Source: Candidatus Latescibacterota bacterium | GTDB taxonomy: Bacteria > Latescibacterota > UBA2968 | Length of the DNA stretch: 64,000 bases | Direction of reading: 5' to 3' | Assembly: GCA_965116885.1 (NCBI GenBank) | Contig: OZ220741.1 | Span: 3,136,001-3,200,000, forward strand | In this document: piece after piece, positions 46,342 to 55,959 of the stretch | How positions within the stretch are numbered: position 1 is the first letter of the stretch | Layout: each line of letters opens with the position of its first letter | Notes under the pieces: generated by a model | The model's input: the letters and a program-made list of their open reading frames with translations, nothing else | Told to the model about the DNA's origin: nothing | The model's database searches: none | Translations under genes and position numbers: made by a program

Positions 46342-47034
46342 CTAACGCTTCAATTGATGCCTTAATCCCAATTCCTGAAGCAAAATACCGTATTGCTCGC
46401 GCAGATTGTTTTGCAGAGCAAAGGCGCGGTTATAGGCGATTGCGGCATCTTCAAAAAACCCCTGAGCTGTCAGCGCGCGCCCCATTAAAATGTAATTGAG
46501 CGCGTAATGGGGCCTGCGTTCTGCGGTCTCACTGGCCATGTCGAGTGCCCGCTCTAATTGGCCCTTTTTCAGGTAAATCCAGCCCAAACCCTGATAGGCT
46601 GCGATGACATCGGGATTCAGGGCAAGCCCCTGCTGATAATATTGCTCTGATAGAATTATATCGCCTATTCGCTGATATAAATATCCAAGCGTGACGAGAG
46701 CGCTTGCGTCAGTCGAGTCCTGGACGGTCAATAGCTGGCAGGCGTCAATTGCGCGATCAAAATCTTTCATTCGCAAATAAGACGATATGAGAAGGCGCAA
46801 TGCTTGTGTGTGTACAGGATTTTGTTCTAAAATATCGCGCAAGACGACAGTAGCAGCACCGGGATTGCCAGCTTCCAGAGAATCGACAACACTTTTCAAT
46901 GTGGGGTCGAGAATTACAGCCATCGAATCATCCGAAACCACGACCATCGATTCACTGCTTTCAAACATCTCTTGGGCATTGGAATTCTCTGCACCCAAAA
47001 GCATAACAACGATTATTCCCAGTCGCAGTATCAT
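46342..47034 (-). CDS. Secreted tetratricopeptide repeat protein
   Basis: Signal peptide; TPR-like units (ALVTLGYLY, AYQGLGWIY, MGRAL). Confidence 0.82.
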   Translation of the reverse strand: MILRLGIIVVMLLGAENSNAQEMFESSESMVVVSDDSMAVILDPTLKSVVDSLEAGNPGAATVVLRDILEQNPVHTQALRLLISSYLRMKDFDRAIDACQLLTVQDSTDASALVTLGYLYQRIGDIILSEQYYQQGLALNPDVIAAYQGLGWIYLKKGQLERALDMASETAERRPHYALNYILMGRALTAQGFFEDAAIAYNRAFALQNNLREQYGILLQELGLRHQLKR

Positions 47035-47094
47035 ATACTTTCCTGACAGTACCTAAAAATCGCGTAACGCTTTAGATATGCCCACTCAGCAGAG

Positions 47095-47182
47095 TCGGGA
47101 GGCGATGTACAACTGGTCGTTAGACCAGTTCAAAGGATTTCCCTCCTACGATACACCTGTTGGAGCGGCATCCTTGCCGCGA
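47095..47182. repeat. Inverted pair of GTAG-type REP-like palindromes, one interrupted by an extra hairpin
   Basis: Minus-strand GTAGGAGGGAAATCC..TCCCGA; plus-strand GTTGGA-GCGGCA-tcct-TGCCGC-GA; internal AACTGGTC-gtta-GACCAGTT. Confidence 0.6.
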
Positions 47183-47522
47183 TCAATTTTCCTCTATAGA
47201 TACAAGGGACGTCCAGTGTAGGGCCATTGAACGGATGACTTTGGCAAATTCAGTCGAGTTGTCGCAGTTGTATCCCAAACAATGGGATCGATTATGGGAT
47301 ATTCAGTAGAGGTATGTGGCAAAATATTGTTTGTGCGATATAAGCGCAGACTTTGGCGTATAGAAAGGCCCGGCTCGTAAATTTCAATGGCCGGGCGATT
47401 GCACCACATCACAAGAACAAGGTCGGGGTCGATCTCGATTCGCTGACAAATCAATTTGAGTATCAAGTAAACACTCGCCATAAATTTGGTCATAGAAGGC
47501 TTTCTATTTGTGGCCTTGGTCA

Positions 47523-48365
47523 CTAACCGCTCTTGCTGCCAAACGCGGCGACAAAGAGGAGAAAGTCTGGAAATTCAACTGTGCCGTTTCCATCCAGATC
47601 CATACGGGCATCAAAACCGTCATCAGATGAAGACTTGCCAAATTGCGCGACAAAGAGGAGAAAATCTGTAAAATCAACTTCGCCACTGCTATCAAAATCA
47701 CCAGTTAGCGTAGTCGGTGGTGGCGGTGGTGGCGGTGGCGGCGGTGTTCCCGTATCTGTTGCTTTCGCAAAAGTAATTACGATCCTGATTGGATCATCTG
47801 GCGGTACATGCTGAGAAAGTGCGCTCATAGCCAGAGGTCTTACAGCTTCGGATAATGACTGCAGTAATTCATCTAAGAGAAGCGGGCGTATGATCTTTAG
47901 TGAATCCGTCGTGGCTGTGTACGTATAATTGAGCGGATCTTCATTTTCGCGTGTTATGGTGAGTGCATGGGTATCAGACGCGACCGTGTAATTGCCTGTG
48001 TATTGGCTCGTATCGAGTACAGCGACCGTAAGCGGAACCAATAACACCGCAGAGATATTGGTCGCTGTCCTGTAGTCAGATTTAACACTGCCATCTGAAC
48101 CAAAAGTTATTGTGCCGTTGGTCTCGCCTTCAACGGTAAGAGGCGATACGGCCTGCACGAGCCCGGCCGGGACATAAGCGTTCAGCCCGACCTTCTCAGC
48201 TACCCAGGAGCCGACGATCTCGCCACCTTGCGGCGTGGGAGTTTCTGGTATCAATCCCGCATTCGCCTGTCCAAAAGTTATGAACGCCGTTATAAGTAGA
48301 GCGCAGTTTCTCAATACCTTAAACTGCCATTTTTTGACCGCGACGCCAAAATTTGATCCGTTCAT
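47523..48365 (-). CDS. Secreted protein with poly-Pro linker and C-terminal dockerin/EF-hand pair
   Basis: Signal-like ..GQANAG; poly-Pro run; GDFDSSGEVDFTDFLLF and DLDGNGTVEFPDFLLF repeats; GGAGG RBS. Confidence 0.8.
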   Translation of the reverse strand: MNGSNFGVAVKKWQFKVLRNCALLITAFITFGQANAGLIPETPTPQGGEIVGSWVAEKVGLNAYVPAGLVQAVSPLTVEGETNGTITFGSDGSVKSDYRTATNISAVLLVPLTVAVLDTSQYTGNYTVASDTHALTITRENEDPLNYTYTATTDSLKIIRPLLLDELLQSLSEAVRPLAMSALSQHVPPDDPIRIVITFAKATDTGTPPPPPPPPPPTTLTGDFDSSGEVDFTDFLLFVAQFGKSSSDDGFDARMDLDGNGTVEFPDFLLFVAAFGSKSG

Positions 48366-48528
48366 ATTCCCTCCTCCAGTGTTCATTTGTTTCTTCTAAA
48401 ACACACGATCACTTTTCAATTTACGCAATTCGCGTGTCCTCTGCAATACTTAAACGCTTGTTGTCAAATCTTTCATCGCGTGCTATTTTGAAGTATCCCG
48501 TAAAATGATACTTGCGAAAGGAGCGCGT

Positions 48529-49473
48529 ATGCAATATCGAGTTCTCGTCGATGTCGATCTTCCCGATGAAATTCCAGAGATGATGAATAATCGCTGTGAA
48601 CTTCACATTTTGGCACACGGCGATGTTTCAGATGAAAAATTCGCGTCTGCACAAGGGCTGCTCACCTATGGACACCCGATTATCGGCGGTGATTTTATGG
48701 ATCGCATGCCCAATTTGAAAATTATCAGCAATTTTGGAGTTGGCGTAGATCACATTGACCTGTTAGCAGCCAAACAGCGCGGGATTCCAGTGGGGAATAC
48801 GCCCAATATGCTCGATGGCGCGACAGCCGATATGACTTTTGCAATGCTTATGGCTGCGGCTCGCAATATCGTTATTGGGGATCGCTTTGCTCGCAGTGCG
48901 GCGTTTACGCACTACGATCCACGCATTTTGATCGGACACGAAATTCACGGTACAACATTGGGTATTGTTGGCATGGGGAATATCGGCAAGGAGGTCGCGC
49001 GGCGGTCTCGGGGATTTGACATGGATGTGCTCTATCACAACCGAAAACCAGATCCCAAAGCCGAGGCCGAGTTGGGTGCGACTTATGTATCTCTCAACGA
49101 TTTGCTCGAACAATCGGATTTTGTCACTTTGAATGTGCCTCTGACTGAGGAAACGCGAAATATGATTGGTCGAGATCAACTCAGGCGAATGAAGAGAACC
49201 GCCATACTGGTCAATCTGGCGCGCGGAGGTGTTATCGATCACGATGCACTCGTAGAAGCGCTTGAGAATAATTGGATCGCGGTTGCCGCGCTCGATGTGA
49301 CCGAGCCAGAACCCCTTCCTCGCGATCATCCCCTCCTGTCTCTGGATAATGTGGTTATAGTTCCCCACCTGGGCAGTGCCACACGCCAGACGCGCATAGC
49401 AATGGCTCAGCGCACAGTAGATAATCTTATAGCTGGACTCACGGATCAACCATTGATCACTTATGTGGTGTGA
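48529..49473 (+). CDS. D-2-hydroxyacid dehydrogenase (glyoxylate reductase/D-glycerate dehydrogenase)
   Basis: GVGVDHID, GIVGMGNIG, NLARG, LDVTEPEP, PHLGSA. Confidence 0.92.
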   Translation: MQYRVLVDVDLPDEIPEMMNNRCELHILAHGDVSDEKFASAQGLLTYGHPIIGGDFMDRMPNLKIISNFGVGVDHIDLLAAKQRGIPVGNTPNMLDGATADMTFAMLMAAARNIVIGDRFARSAAFTHYDPRILIGHEIHGTTLGIVGMGNIGKEVARRSRGFDMDVLYHNRKPDPKAEAELGATYVSLNDLLEQSDFVTLNVPLTEETRNMIGRDQLRRMKRTAILVNLARGGVIDHDALVEALENNWIAVAALDVTEPEPLPRDHPLLSLDNVVIVPHLGSATRQTRIAMAQRTVDNLIAGLTDQPLITYVV

Positions 49474-49481
49474 GATAGGTG

Positions 49482-50831
49482 CTAAGCGCATTCAGCGCAC
49501 ATTTTGTCGCATCGTCGTCTCAGTCGGTTGAGTTGATCTGAGGATCTGGGATCTCTCGCGAGATTAAAGGATTCGTGGGGGTCCTTGCGGAGATCGTAGA
49601 GTTCCTCATAGACGGGCTGTTGCTCGTAGTAGCGAATGTATTTCCAGCGTTTTGTGCGTATGCCTTCGCTCTTGGGGATGTCGGCACGATGGAACCGGTG
49701 TTCGCAGAAGAACGCTTTTCGCCAGTCAACTTTCTCGTCGCGCAACAATGGAACAAGAGATTTGCCCTGCATTTTGTCCGAGGCGTCCAGATTCGCCAGT
49801 TCGAGGATGGTTGGTGCGATATCGATGTTTAGTGCTAATTCTTCGCGGATGAGACTCCGGTTGTCCTCGGCATCTCTTGGATCGAAGACAATAAGGGGAA
49901 TGCGGATCGACTGTTCGTTCAACTGCCAGCAGTCGCTGAGTCCGCGATCTCCATAGTACATCCCATGGTCAGATGCGAAGATTACGACTGTGTTGTCGGA
50001 TAATGACAGTTGATCCATCGCCTCGAGAATCCTGCCGATGTTCCGATCCACACCGCTCACCATTCGGTACAGCCCTCGCATGTTTCTCTGATAGTCCTCA
50101 GATGTCGAATAGCGCTTTTGCCATCGTGCGCGACTTTCCGTTTCGCGAAGAAATTTTGGCAACTGTCGGAAAAAGTCGGGATGGGCGTTGAATGGCTCTG
50201 GTATTTGCGTCTCTGTGTAGAGGGGATTTTCTGTAGCGGGCCAAATGTAGTAGCGCGGATCATTGTCCTGCGCGTGCGGCGCGTTGAAACTGATGGAGAG
50301 ACAAAATGGCTGGCCGGGATAATCTGATTGATGTGTGCGTAGGAAGTCGATCGTTTTGTCCCCTGTAATGTCGGTCAGGTGGCGCACACTGCCATCGGGC
50401 TGTCTGATTTCATACCCTTCTTCAGTCCAGTGTTCGTAGTTTTCGAATACGTCAAACATCTTTTCCACTGTATCCTCGTCCTGCAGAGAAGGGGCGATTC
50501 CGTTGGTGGCAATGCCGAATTTGCCGATTAGCCCTGTGCGATAACCCGCCATTTTAAGAGTAGCAGGGTAGGAGATGTCGGTGTATGCGCTTTGAAGGGG
50601 TGGTGTGAGGAAGGTGAATCGGTGGCGTTTTTCATAGGTGCCCGTGAGATAGCTGGCCCGGCTTGCGGCGCAGATTGGACTTGTGCAGAATGCGTTTTCG
50701 AACCGCACACCGCTTGCGGCAAGCCGATCTATGTTTGGGGTTTTGATGATTGGATTGCCAGCGCAGCCGAGCAGGTCATTGCGCTGGTTGTCGGTCAGGA
50801 GGAAGAGGATGTTCGGAGGAGGTGCCCTCAC
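49482..50831 (-). CDS. Sulfatase (Cys-type)
   Basis: PNILFLLTDNQR, ICAASR, APH, SDHG, NIDIAPT. Confidence 0.9.
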   Translation of the reverse strand: MRAPPPNILFLLTDNQRNDLLGCAGNPIIKTPNIDRLAASGVRFENAFCTSPICAASRASYLTGTYEKRHRFTFLTPPLQSAYTDISYPATLKMAGYRTGLIGKFGIATNGIAPSLQDEDTVEKMFDVFENYEHWTEEGYEIRQPDGSVRHLTDITGDKTIDFLRTHQSDYPGQPFCLSISFNAPHAQDNDPRYYIWPATENPLYTETQIPEPFNAHPDFFRQLPKFLRETESRARWQKRYSTSEDYQRNMRGLYRMVSGVDRNIGRILEAMDQLSLSDNTVVIFASDHGMYYGDRGLSDCWQLNEQSIRIPLIVFDPRDAEDNRSLIREELALNIDIAPTILELANLDASDKMQGKSLVPLLRDEKVDWRKAFFCEHRFHRADIPKSEGIRTKRWKYIRYYEQQPVYEELYDLRKDPHESFNLARDPRSSDQLNRLRRRCDKMCAECA

Positions 50832-51898
50832 ATCTCACTCAATTCAATGCGTTGACCGGTGTCATTTGACCTGTATGCCGCTTCAATGATCCTGGCGACT
50901 TTTAAGGCGTCTTCTCCAGAGGTTGGGGCCGTACCTTTACCGGCAGTAGATCGAATAAAGTCATCTAAAAAAGCGATTCCATAAGCCCCGCCATAAGCAT
51001 CGACTTCGGGTAGCGTGTAATCAAAGGTTCGCTGAGATGCCGTGTGCCAGCCTTCTGCAACGCTTTCGAGATACAATTCTGAGGGACCGCCCGAGGGCGT
51101 CCAGAACACGCGGCCCTCGTGACCGCGAAATCCCATATACGTATCGTAATTCGGCCCCATATAACCCGCGCCACTTATTGATAGTTGATAACCGGCTTGC
51201 ATGCTGCCCAGCGCGCCATTGGAAAACCGAAAGGATAGAGACGCCACATCTTCTACATCGATGTCTTCGCCGCTGAGTGTATCGACAACGGCAGAAACGG
51301 AGACGATGTCCGCATCCATGACATAGCACAGCAGGTCGATATAATGACACCCCAGCCACGACAAAATGCCGCCGCCAGAAATCGACCGATCAAATAGCCA
51401 GTGTTTGGGGTTGCGAAATTTTACCTGTGATGTGACCATCCGGGACTCACAAGATGTCACCTGACCTATTGCACCGCCTTGCACGAGTCTTCGCGCTTCA
51501 CAAGCGGTGGGGTGATAGCGATTCTGATACATAACGCCCAGTTGTACGCCCGCTTTTGCGGCGCCATCCACGACCCGAGAAACAGTGGCAACCGAAGCAC
51601 CGATGGGTTTTTCACTGATGACGTGAATGCCCTGCTCGAACAAGCGGAGACAAAGGTCGGGATTCTGGTCGTTTTGGGCGCAGGCTACACCAAAGGCTAT
51701 ATTTTTAGTGCCTAAAAGTACGCTGAGATCGGAATAAGTACCTGCGACTTTATCTGTTGAATTAAAGCTGTTCAGAGCCGAGGGGTCGGTGTCATACAGA
51801 ATAATTTCATCTACCAGTGTAGAAGCCTGCAAGGTCTTGAAATGGGCTTCTGAATGGGGATGTGTCAGGCCAAATAAGCCAGCGCGAACGGGTTGCAT
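50828..51898 (-). CDS. Gfo/Idh/MocA family oxidoreductase
   Basis: SEKP, GGGILSWLGCH, VED. Start moved to MQPVRAG. Confidence 0.88.
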   Translation of the reverse strand: MQPVRAGLFGLTHPHSEAHFKTLQASTLVDEIILYDTDPSALNSFNSTDKVAGTYSDLSVLLGTKNIAFGVACAQNDQNPDLCLRLFEQGIHVISEKPIGASVATVSRVVDGAAKAGVQLGVMYQNRYHPTACEARRLVQGGAIGQVTSCESRMVTSQVKFRNPKHWLFDRSISGGGILSWLGCHYIDLLCYVMDADIVSVSAVVDTLSGEDIDVEDVASLSFRFSNGALGSMQAGYQLSISGAGYMGPNYDTYMGFRGHEGRVFWTPSGGPSELYLESVAEGWHTASQRTFDYTLPEVDAYGGAYGIAFLDDFIRSTAGKGTAPTSGEDALKVARIIEAAYRSNDTGQRIELSEM

Positions 51899-51909
51899 TA
51901 GATTATCCT

Positions 51910-52719
51910 CTATAAATATGGCAGTACTTCGCGCTTGAGCGCGTTGAGATATGTCCATTCTTCACCGGGGTCCTGGAAGATCAATGTGTAATATCCCGAG
52001 AAATTGGCTTTGCGCGTCAAGTCCAGACAGGTGAGGAATTGGTCTCGCAACATGATCCCATCTTCGTAATCCGCTTTGGTATGGATCGTATCTGCGAATG
52101 GCAAAACTTTTGTGAGGTCGCCCAGCTTGTGTTCCCCTTTGAAGTTGCCAAAATCAGTACACAGTCCGATTTTTCCCTCGCATTTGTCCAAAATATCCAG
52201 CAGAGGAGCCGCGCGCTGGGTCAGCCGTTTGAAATTCTCGGTCATGACACGTATGCCACAATCGCGCGCATAGTCCGACAATTGCAGGAGATTTTGCGCG
52301 CTGAGTGCTATGGATTCCGGATCTGGATCTGCTTCGCCGGCGATTACGCGCACATTCGCTGCGCCACAGGCAGATGCGATGTCGATCCATCTTCGAATTT
52401 CTGCCAAATCCTTTTCCCTCTGTTCGGGATCGGGATGTGTAATATCCCAGGCGTCGATCAAGATGCTGTAAAGCGATACGCCGTGTCTGTCCAGTTCTGA
52501 GCGCAGGTCTGCTATAAATGCATCATCTGTTGTGGGAAAATGAAAATGGCAGATTTCCAAATGTCCAATGCCATGCGATGCTATTTCGCGGGGAACATTG
52601 AGTAGCTGTATGCGTCCCCCATGGCCATTTCGGTTCACAAATCCATCGGGCGTGCGATCGTACCACGCCTTGCCCAATGCGCGGTGTAAACTCCAGGTGG
52701 AAATAGATAATTCTGGCAT
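51910..52719 (-). CDS. Sugar phosphate isomerase/epimerase (xylose isomerase-like TIM barrel)
   Basis: STWSLHR, LEICHFH, MTEN, DFGNF, IHTK. Confidence 0.82.
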   Translation of the reverse strand: MPELSISTWSLHRALGKAWYDRTPDGFVNRNGHGGRIQLLNVPREIASHGIGHLEICHFHFPTTDDAFIADLRSELDRHGVSLYSILIDAWDITHPDPEQREKDLAEIRRWIDIASACGAANVRVIAGEADPDPESIALSAQNLLQLSDYARDCGIRVMTENFKRLTQRAAPLLDILDKCEGKIGLCTDFGNFKGEHKLGDLTKVLPFADTIHTKADYEDGIMLRDQFLTCLDLTRKANFSGYYTLIFQDPGEEWTYLNALKREVLPYL

Positions 52720-52766
52720 GTTGTAATCTCCAGTGGTCAGTCGAGAAGAAGGCAGGTTTTCACATT

Positions 52767-53825
52767 TTACGTCTTGCAGCCCACTTTTTCAGCCAACTGG
52801 CAGATCGCCTGTGCGGCTTCGTCAACATCGGATTTGGAGATGCCGATGTGTGGGATCAATCTTATCAGGTGTGTGCCGATGACGCTTACGCGTATGCCGT
52901 ATTCGGCGAGCAATTGGTCGCCAAAATCGCTCGCGGGAATGCCCAATTGAGTCACGTCAAAGCGCACCATATTGGTTTCTACGCCTTCGACATCGATCCC
53001 AATTCCGGGTGCTTTTGCAATGCCTTTTGCCAGGCGTTTTGCATTGGCGTGATCTTCTGCCATTCGTTCGACGTTGTGTTCTAATGCGTAAATACCCGCA
53101 GCGGCAATGATGCCGGCCTGTCGCATGGCGCCTCCGATACGCTGTTTCCACTGCCAGGCATTGAGAATAAAATCCGAAGGTCCCGCCAGCACAGCTCCCA
53201 CTGGCGCGCCCAGGCCCTTGCTCAGATCTATCCACAGGGTGTCAAAAGACTCGGCGTACGCTTTTGGTGCAATGCCAGTTGCAACTGTTGCATTCAGGAG
53301 CCGTGCGCCATCCATGTGCGTTAGAGCACCTTTTTCATGCGCCATATCGCACACTGCGCGTATGTGTTCGAGGGGCCATATACGTCCCCCTGGCATATTT
53401 GTGGTTTGTTCGGCACAGACGAGGCGGAAGGGCGGTCTGTATCGCGTTGACGGCACCATAACCTCTGCCATTTGCTCGGGTGTAAACATGCCATTTTTCC
53501 CATCGATGGGATACAGCGTTGCGCGAGCGAGCACCGCTGCCCCGCCTGCTTCTGATATGAGCGGGTGTGCAGTGCGATCCACTAAAATGAGATCTCCTGC
53601 GCGGCAGTGAACCGCATAAGAAATCTGGTTGCACATGGTTCCCGATGGCAAAAAAAGAGCCGCCTCTTTGCCCAGCATCTCGGCGACCATATCCTGTAGG
53701 GCGTTCACCGACGGGTCTTCGCCCTTTTGCTCATCACCCACTTCTGCCCGACACATAAACTCGCGCATCGCTTGCGTTGGCACGGTGGATGTATCGCTGT
53801 AAAGATCAATTTTAATGTCAGTCAT
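52767..53825 (-). CDS. ltaE: Low-specificity L-threonine aldolase
   Basis: DLYSDT, PSGTMCN, HMDGARL, LSKGLGAPVG, GGAMRQAG. Confidence 0.9.
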   Translation of the reverse strand: MTDIKIDLYSDTSTVPTQAMREFMCRAEVGDEQKGEDPSVNALQDMVAEMLGKEAALFLPSGTMCNQISYAVHCRAGDLILVDRTAHPLISEAGGAAVLARATLYPIDGKNGMFTPEQMAEVMVPSTRYRPPFRLVCAEQTTNMPGGRIWPLEHIRAVCDMAHEKGALTHMDGARLLNATVATGIAPKAYAESFDTLWIDLSKGLGAPVGAVLAGPSDFILNAWQWKQRIGGAMRQAGIIAAAGIYALEHNVERMAEDHANAKRLAKGIAKAPGIGIDVEGVETNMVRFDVTQLGIPASDFGDQLLAEYGIRVSVIGTHLIRLIPHIGISKSDVDEAAQAICQLAEKVGCKT

Positions 53826-54785
53826 TTATCTGCTTTCTCCTGGGCCAGATTTGAAAAGATTCAGAAACCGATCTTCGTAAAATGGATAGAGGTTCCAACG
53901 GTCGAGTTCGGCTTTGAGTTCATTGGCTTTTTTGTGAAACTGGTCTGTTTTTTTCACTTCGCTAAACATCTTTTCAATGCGTTTCATAACGGACTGCGGC
54001 ACTTTATCTTCTTCGATTTTTCCGCCTGGAAATTCGTTTTCTGGAATATCGTCCATGTGGGAAAATGTCTTTTGGATCTGCATCTCAATATCTTCCATTG
54101 TGCCTTGCATCTTTTCGGCAGCATCGTCAATTTCCGACATATCGACTGAAAAATTTAACAAATCTGCCAAAGTCAGCACAATTTCTTTTGAAGCTTTGGG
54201 ATTGGGAATGGGGGCAGCATATTGCGGCATCGTTCCCAAAAAACAGGCCGCATTGAGTTCGCGTTTTTTGGCAAAGCCCAGCAACAGGCCATTAAGTCCC
54301 GAAACCATCCCTTCTTTCAATATCTCCACTCCGTGAGATGATAGCAAATCTCGAAATTCAGAGTTGTTCGCCACCCCCAGCACATGTGCGTCTTCTTTGT
54401 GGCTGGCCTGGGTGAGATAGGCCGCGCCTGTGAGGACCGTATCGATGCCTACCCGTTGCCCTACATCCAGGACTTTGTCCAGCAATTCATCGCCGGGTGC
54501 TCCGCCTATTTGCGCCTCGCTTTGAAAAATAATCAAATCGTGTTCTTCCACTGCATAAAATATATGAGCAGGTGGATTGGGAAAGGTCGCGATCCCGTCT
54601 TCTACAATCATAGTTTCGGGCGGGAAGTGAGATTGCATGTCTATTTCAGCGAATGCGAAGGCATCGAGTTTGCGCCGGATATAGTCAATGGCACCAATGC
54701 CAACGCTACCCATACCAGGCCACCCTGCAAGCAATACTGATGCCCGAAAAGAACGGGGCAATTCTTTCAATACGTTTAGTTTCAT
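53826..54785 (-). CDS. PAC2 family (proteasome assembly chaperone-like) protein
   Basis: AGWPGMGSVG, GMVSGLNGLLLG, CFLGTMP, PNPKAS, coiled-coil C-terminus. Confidence 0.82.
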   Translation of the reverse strand: MKLNVLKELPRSFRASVLLAGWPGMGSVGIGAIDYIRRKLDAFAFAEIDMQSHFPPETMIVEDGIATFPNPPAHIFYAVEEHDLIIFQSEAQIGGAPGDELLDKVLDVGQRVGIDTVLTGAAYLTQASHKEDAHVLGVANNSEFRDLLSSHGVEILKEGMVSGLNGLLLGFAKKRELNAACFLGTMPQYAAPIPNPKASKEIVLTLADLLNFSVDMSEIDDAAEKMQGTMEDIEMQIQKTFSHMDDIPENEFPGGKIEEDKVPQSVMKRIEKMFSEVKKTDQFHKKANELKAELDRWNLYPFYEDRFLNLFKSGPGESR

Positions 54786-54856
54786 TTTCTGACCTTTCCA
54801 CAAGGAACAAAGTGTTTTAGAAATAATATCAAATTACAGGCTTGAACACAACTATA

Positions 54857-55948
54857 TCAATGCCCAGAATCCCATTTCTCAAGCGGATGAGAACGATCGG
54901 CGTTTGGAAAAATAACGCGTTGTCCAGAAATTTGAGATGCGTACGCCCCGTGAATCATTTCCAGTGCCCAACGCGCATCTCGATCACTGGAAATGGGTGC
55001 GCGATCGCGTTCTATGGCGTCAATCAGGTCGATAATGGCGCGATAATTTCCCGTCTCCTGCAAGTGATCACCTGCAAGGTCGAGCGCTCGCCACGTATGA
55101 CCACCTCTCCAGGGGGACCACAGGCCATCTTCGTAAATGGATATTGCTTCCGCGCCTCCGCTTATGGCTATTCTCCCAGATTCTCCGACGAGTACCAGGC
55201 CATAGCCCTGTCCGTTTCCCGCCTGGTTGGCCCGCGAGACAAATGATCCATCCACGCCATTGGAAAAAGAAAACAGACTGACCACGCCATCGCCCGCAAT
55301 TGCGCCAATTGGCTCTGTGGCTTCCCGCACATCCTCGGGTGCGATTTCACGGTCACCGACGGTTACGCGCGCCGTCATCCACAGGGGATCGCCACCCAAA
55401 AAGCGCATCATGTTGAAGAGATGTGTTCCCAATACCAGCATGTCTTCGCCGCCTCCCCGATGGTCTTGTTTTCCATACGCATGCATGGATAGGAGTTTTC
55501 CTATTCGATTCTCCCGTATTAAATCGCGCACTTGATGTACTTGTCTGAGGTAAACTCCCTGATGCGCTACGGCAATTTTGCGGTTGTGTTGTTCGGCAGC
55601 AGCTACAATGCGGTCTGCGGACGCGAGGTCACCTGCAAGTGGTTTTTCTGCATAGACATGGCACCCAGATTCGATACACGCTACGATCATTTCCTCGTGA
55701 CAATCGACCCACCGGGGGCACACGCTAACGATATCGAGGTCTTCTTTTTTTAGCATGTCGCGATAGTCCGCATACCCTCGCTGGGCTCCGGCATCTACAA
55801 TTGCCTTTTCTCGTCCAGCTGCGTCTGGATCGGATACGGCGATCATATCCACGCAGTCGATTTTTTGATAGGGCACATGCAGGCCATGTCCAAAATTGCC
55901 CTGCCCGGTCCGACCGATAGCACCGGCGCGATAGCGTTTTGCTGGCAT
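54857..55948 (-). CDS. Gfo/Idh/MocA family oxidoreductase
   Basis: GRTGQGNFGH, AEKP, GGEDMLVLGTH. Confidence 0.88.
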   Translation of the reverse strand: MPAKRYRAGAIGRTGQGNFGHGLHVPYQKIDCVDMIAVSDPDAAGREKAIVDAGAQRGYADYRDMLKKEDLDIVSVCPRWVDCHEEMIVACIESGCHVYAEKPLAGDLASADRIVAAAEQHNRKIAVAHQGVYLRQVHQVRDLIRENRIGKLLSMHAYGKQDHRGGGEDMLVLGTHLFNMMRFLGGDPLWMTARVTVGDREIAPEDVREATEPIGAIAGDGVVSLFSFSNGVDGSFVSRANQAGNGQGYGLVLVGESGRIAISGGAEAISIYEDGLWSPWRGGHTWRALDLAGDHLQETGNYRAIIDLIDAIERDRAPISSDRDARWALEMIHGAYASQISGQRVIFPNADRSHPLEKWDSGH

Positions 55949-55959
55949 TATGACTCCTT

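Noticed and set aside
47194..47523. 109-aa minus-strand ORF, possible RAYT transposase remnant next to REPs
   Set aside because: No HUH motif, no clear RBS, and only a weak WPYTG resemblance.
47714..47746. GGT/GGC trinucleotide repeat as a contingency locus
   Set aside because: It encodes the poly-Pro linker with mixed codons, and length changes would stay in frame.
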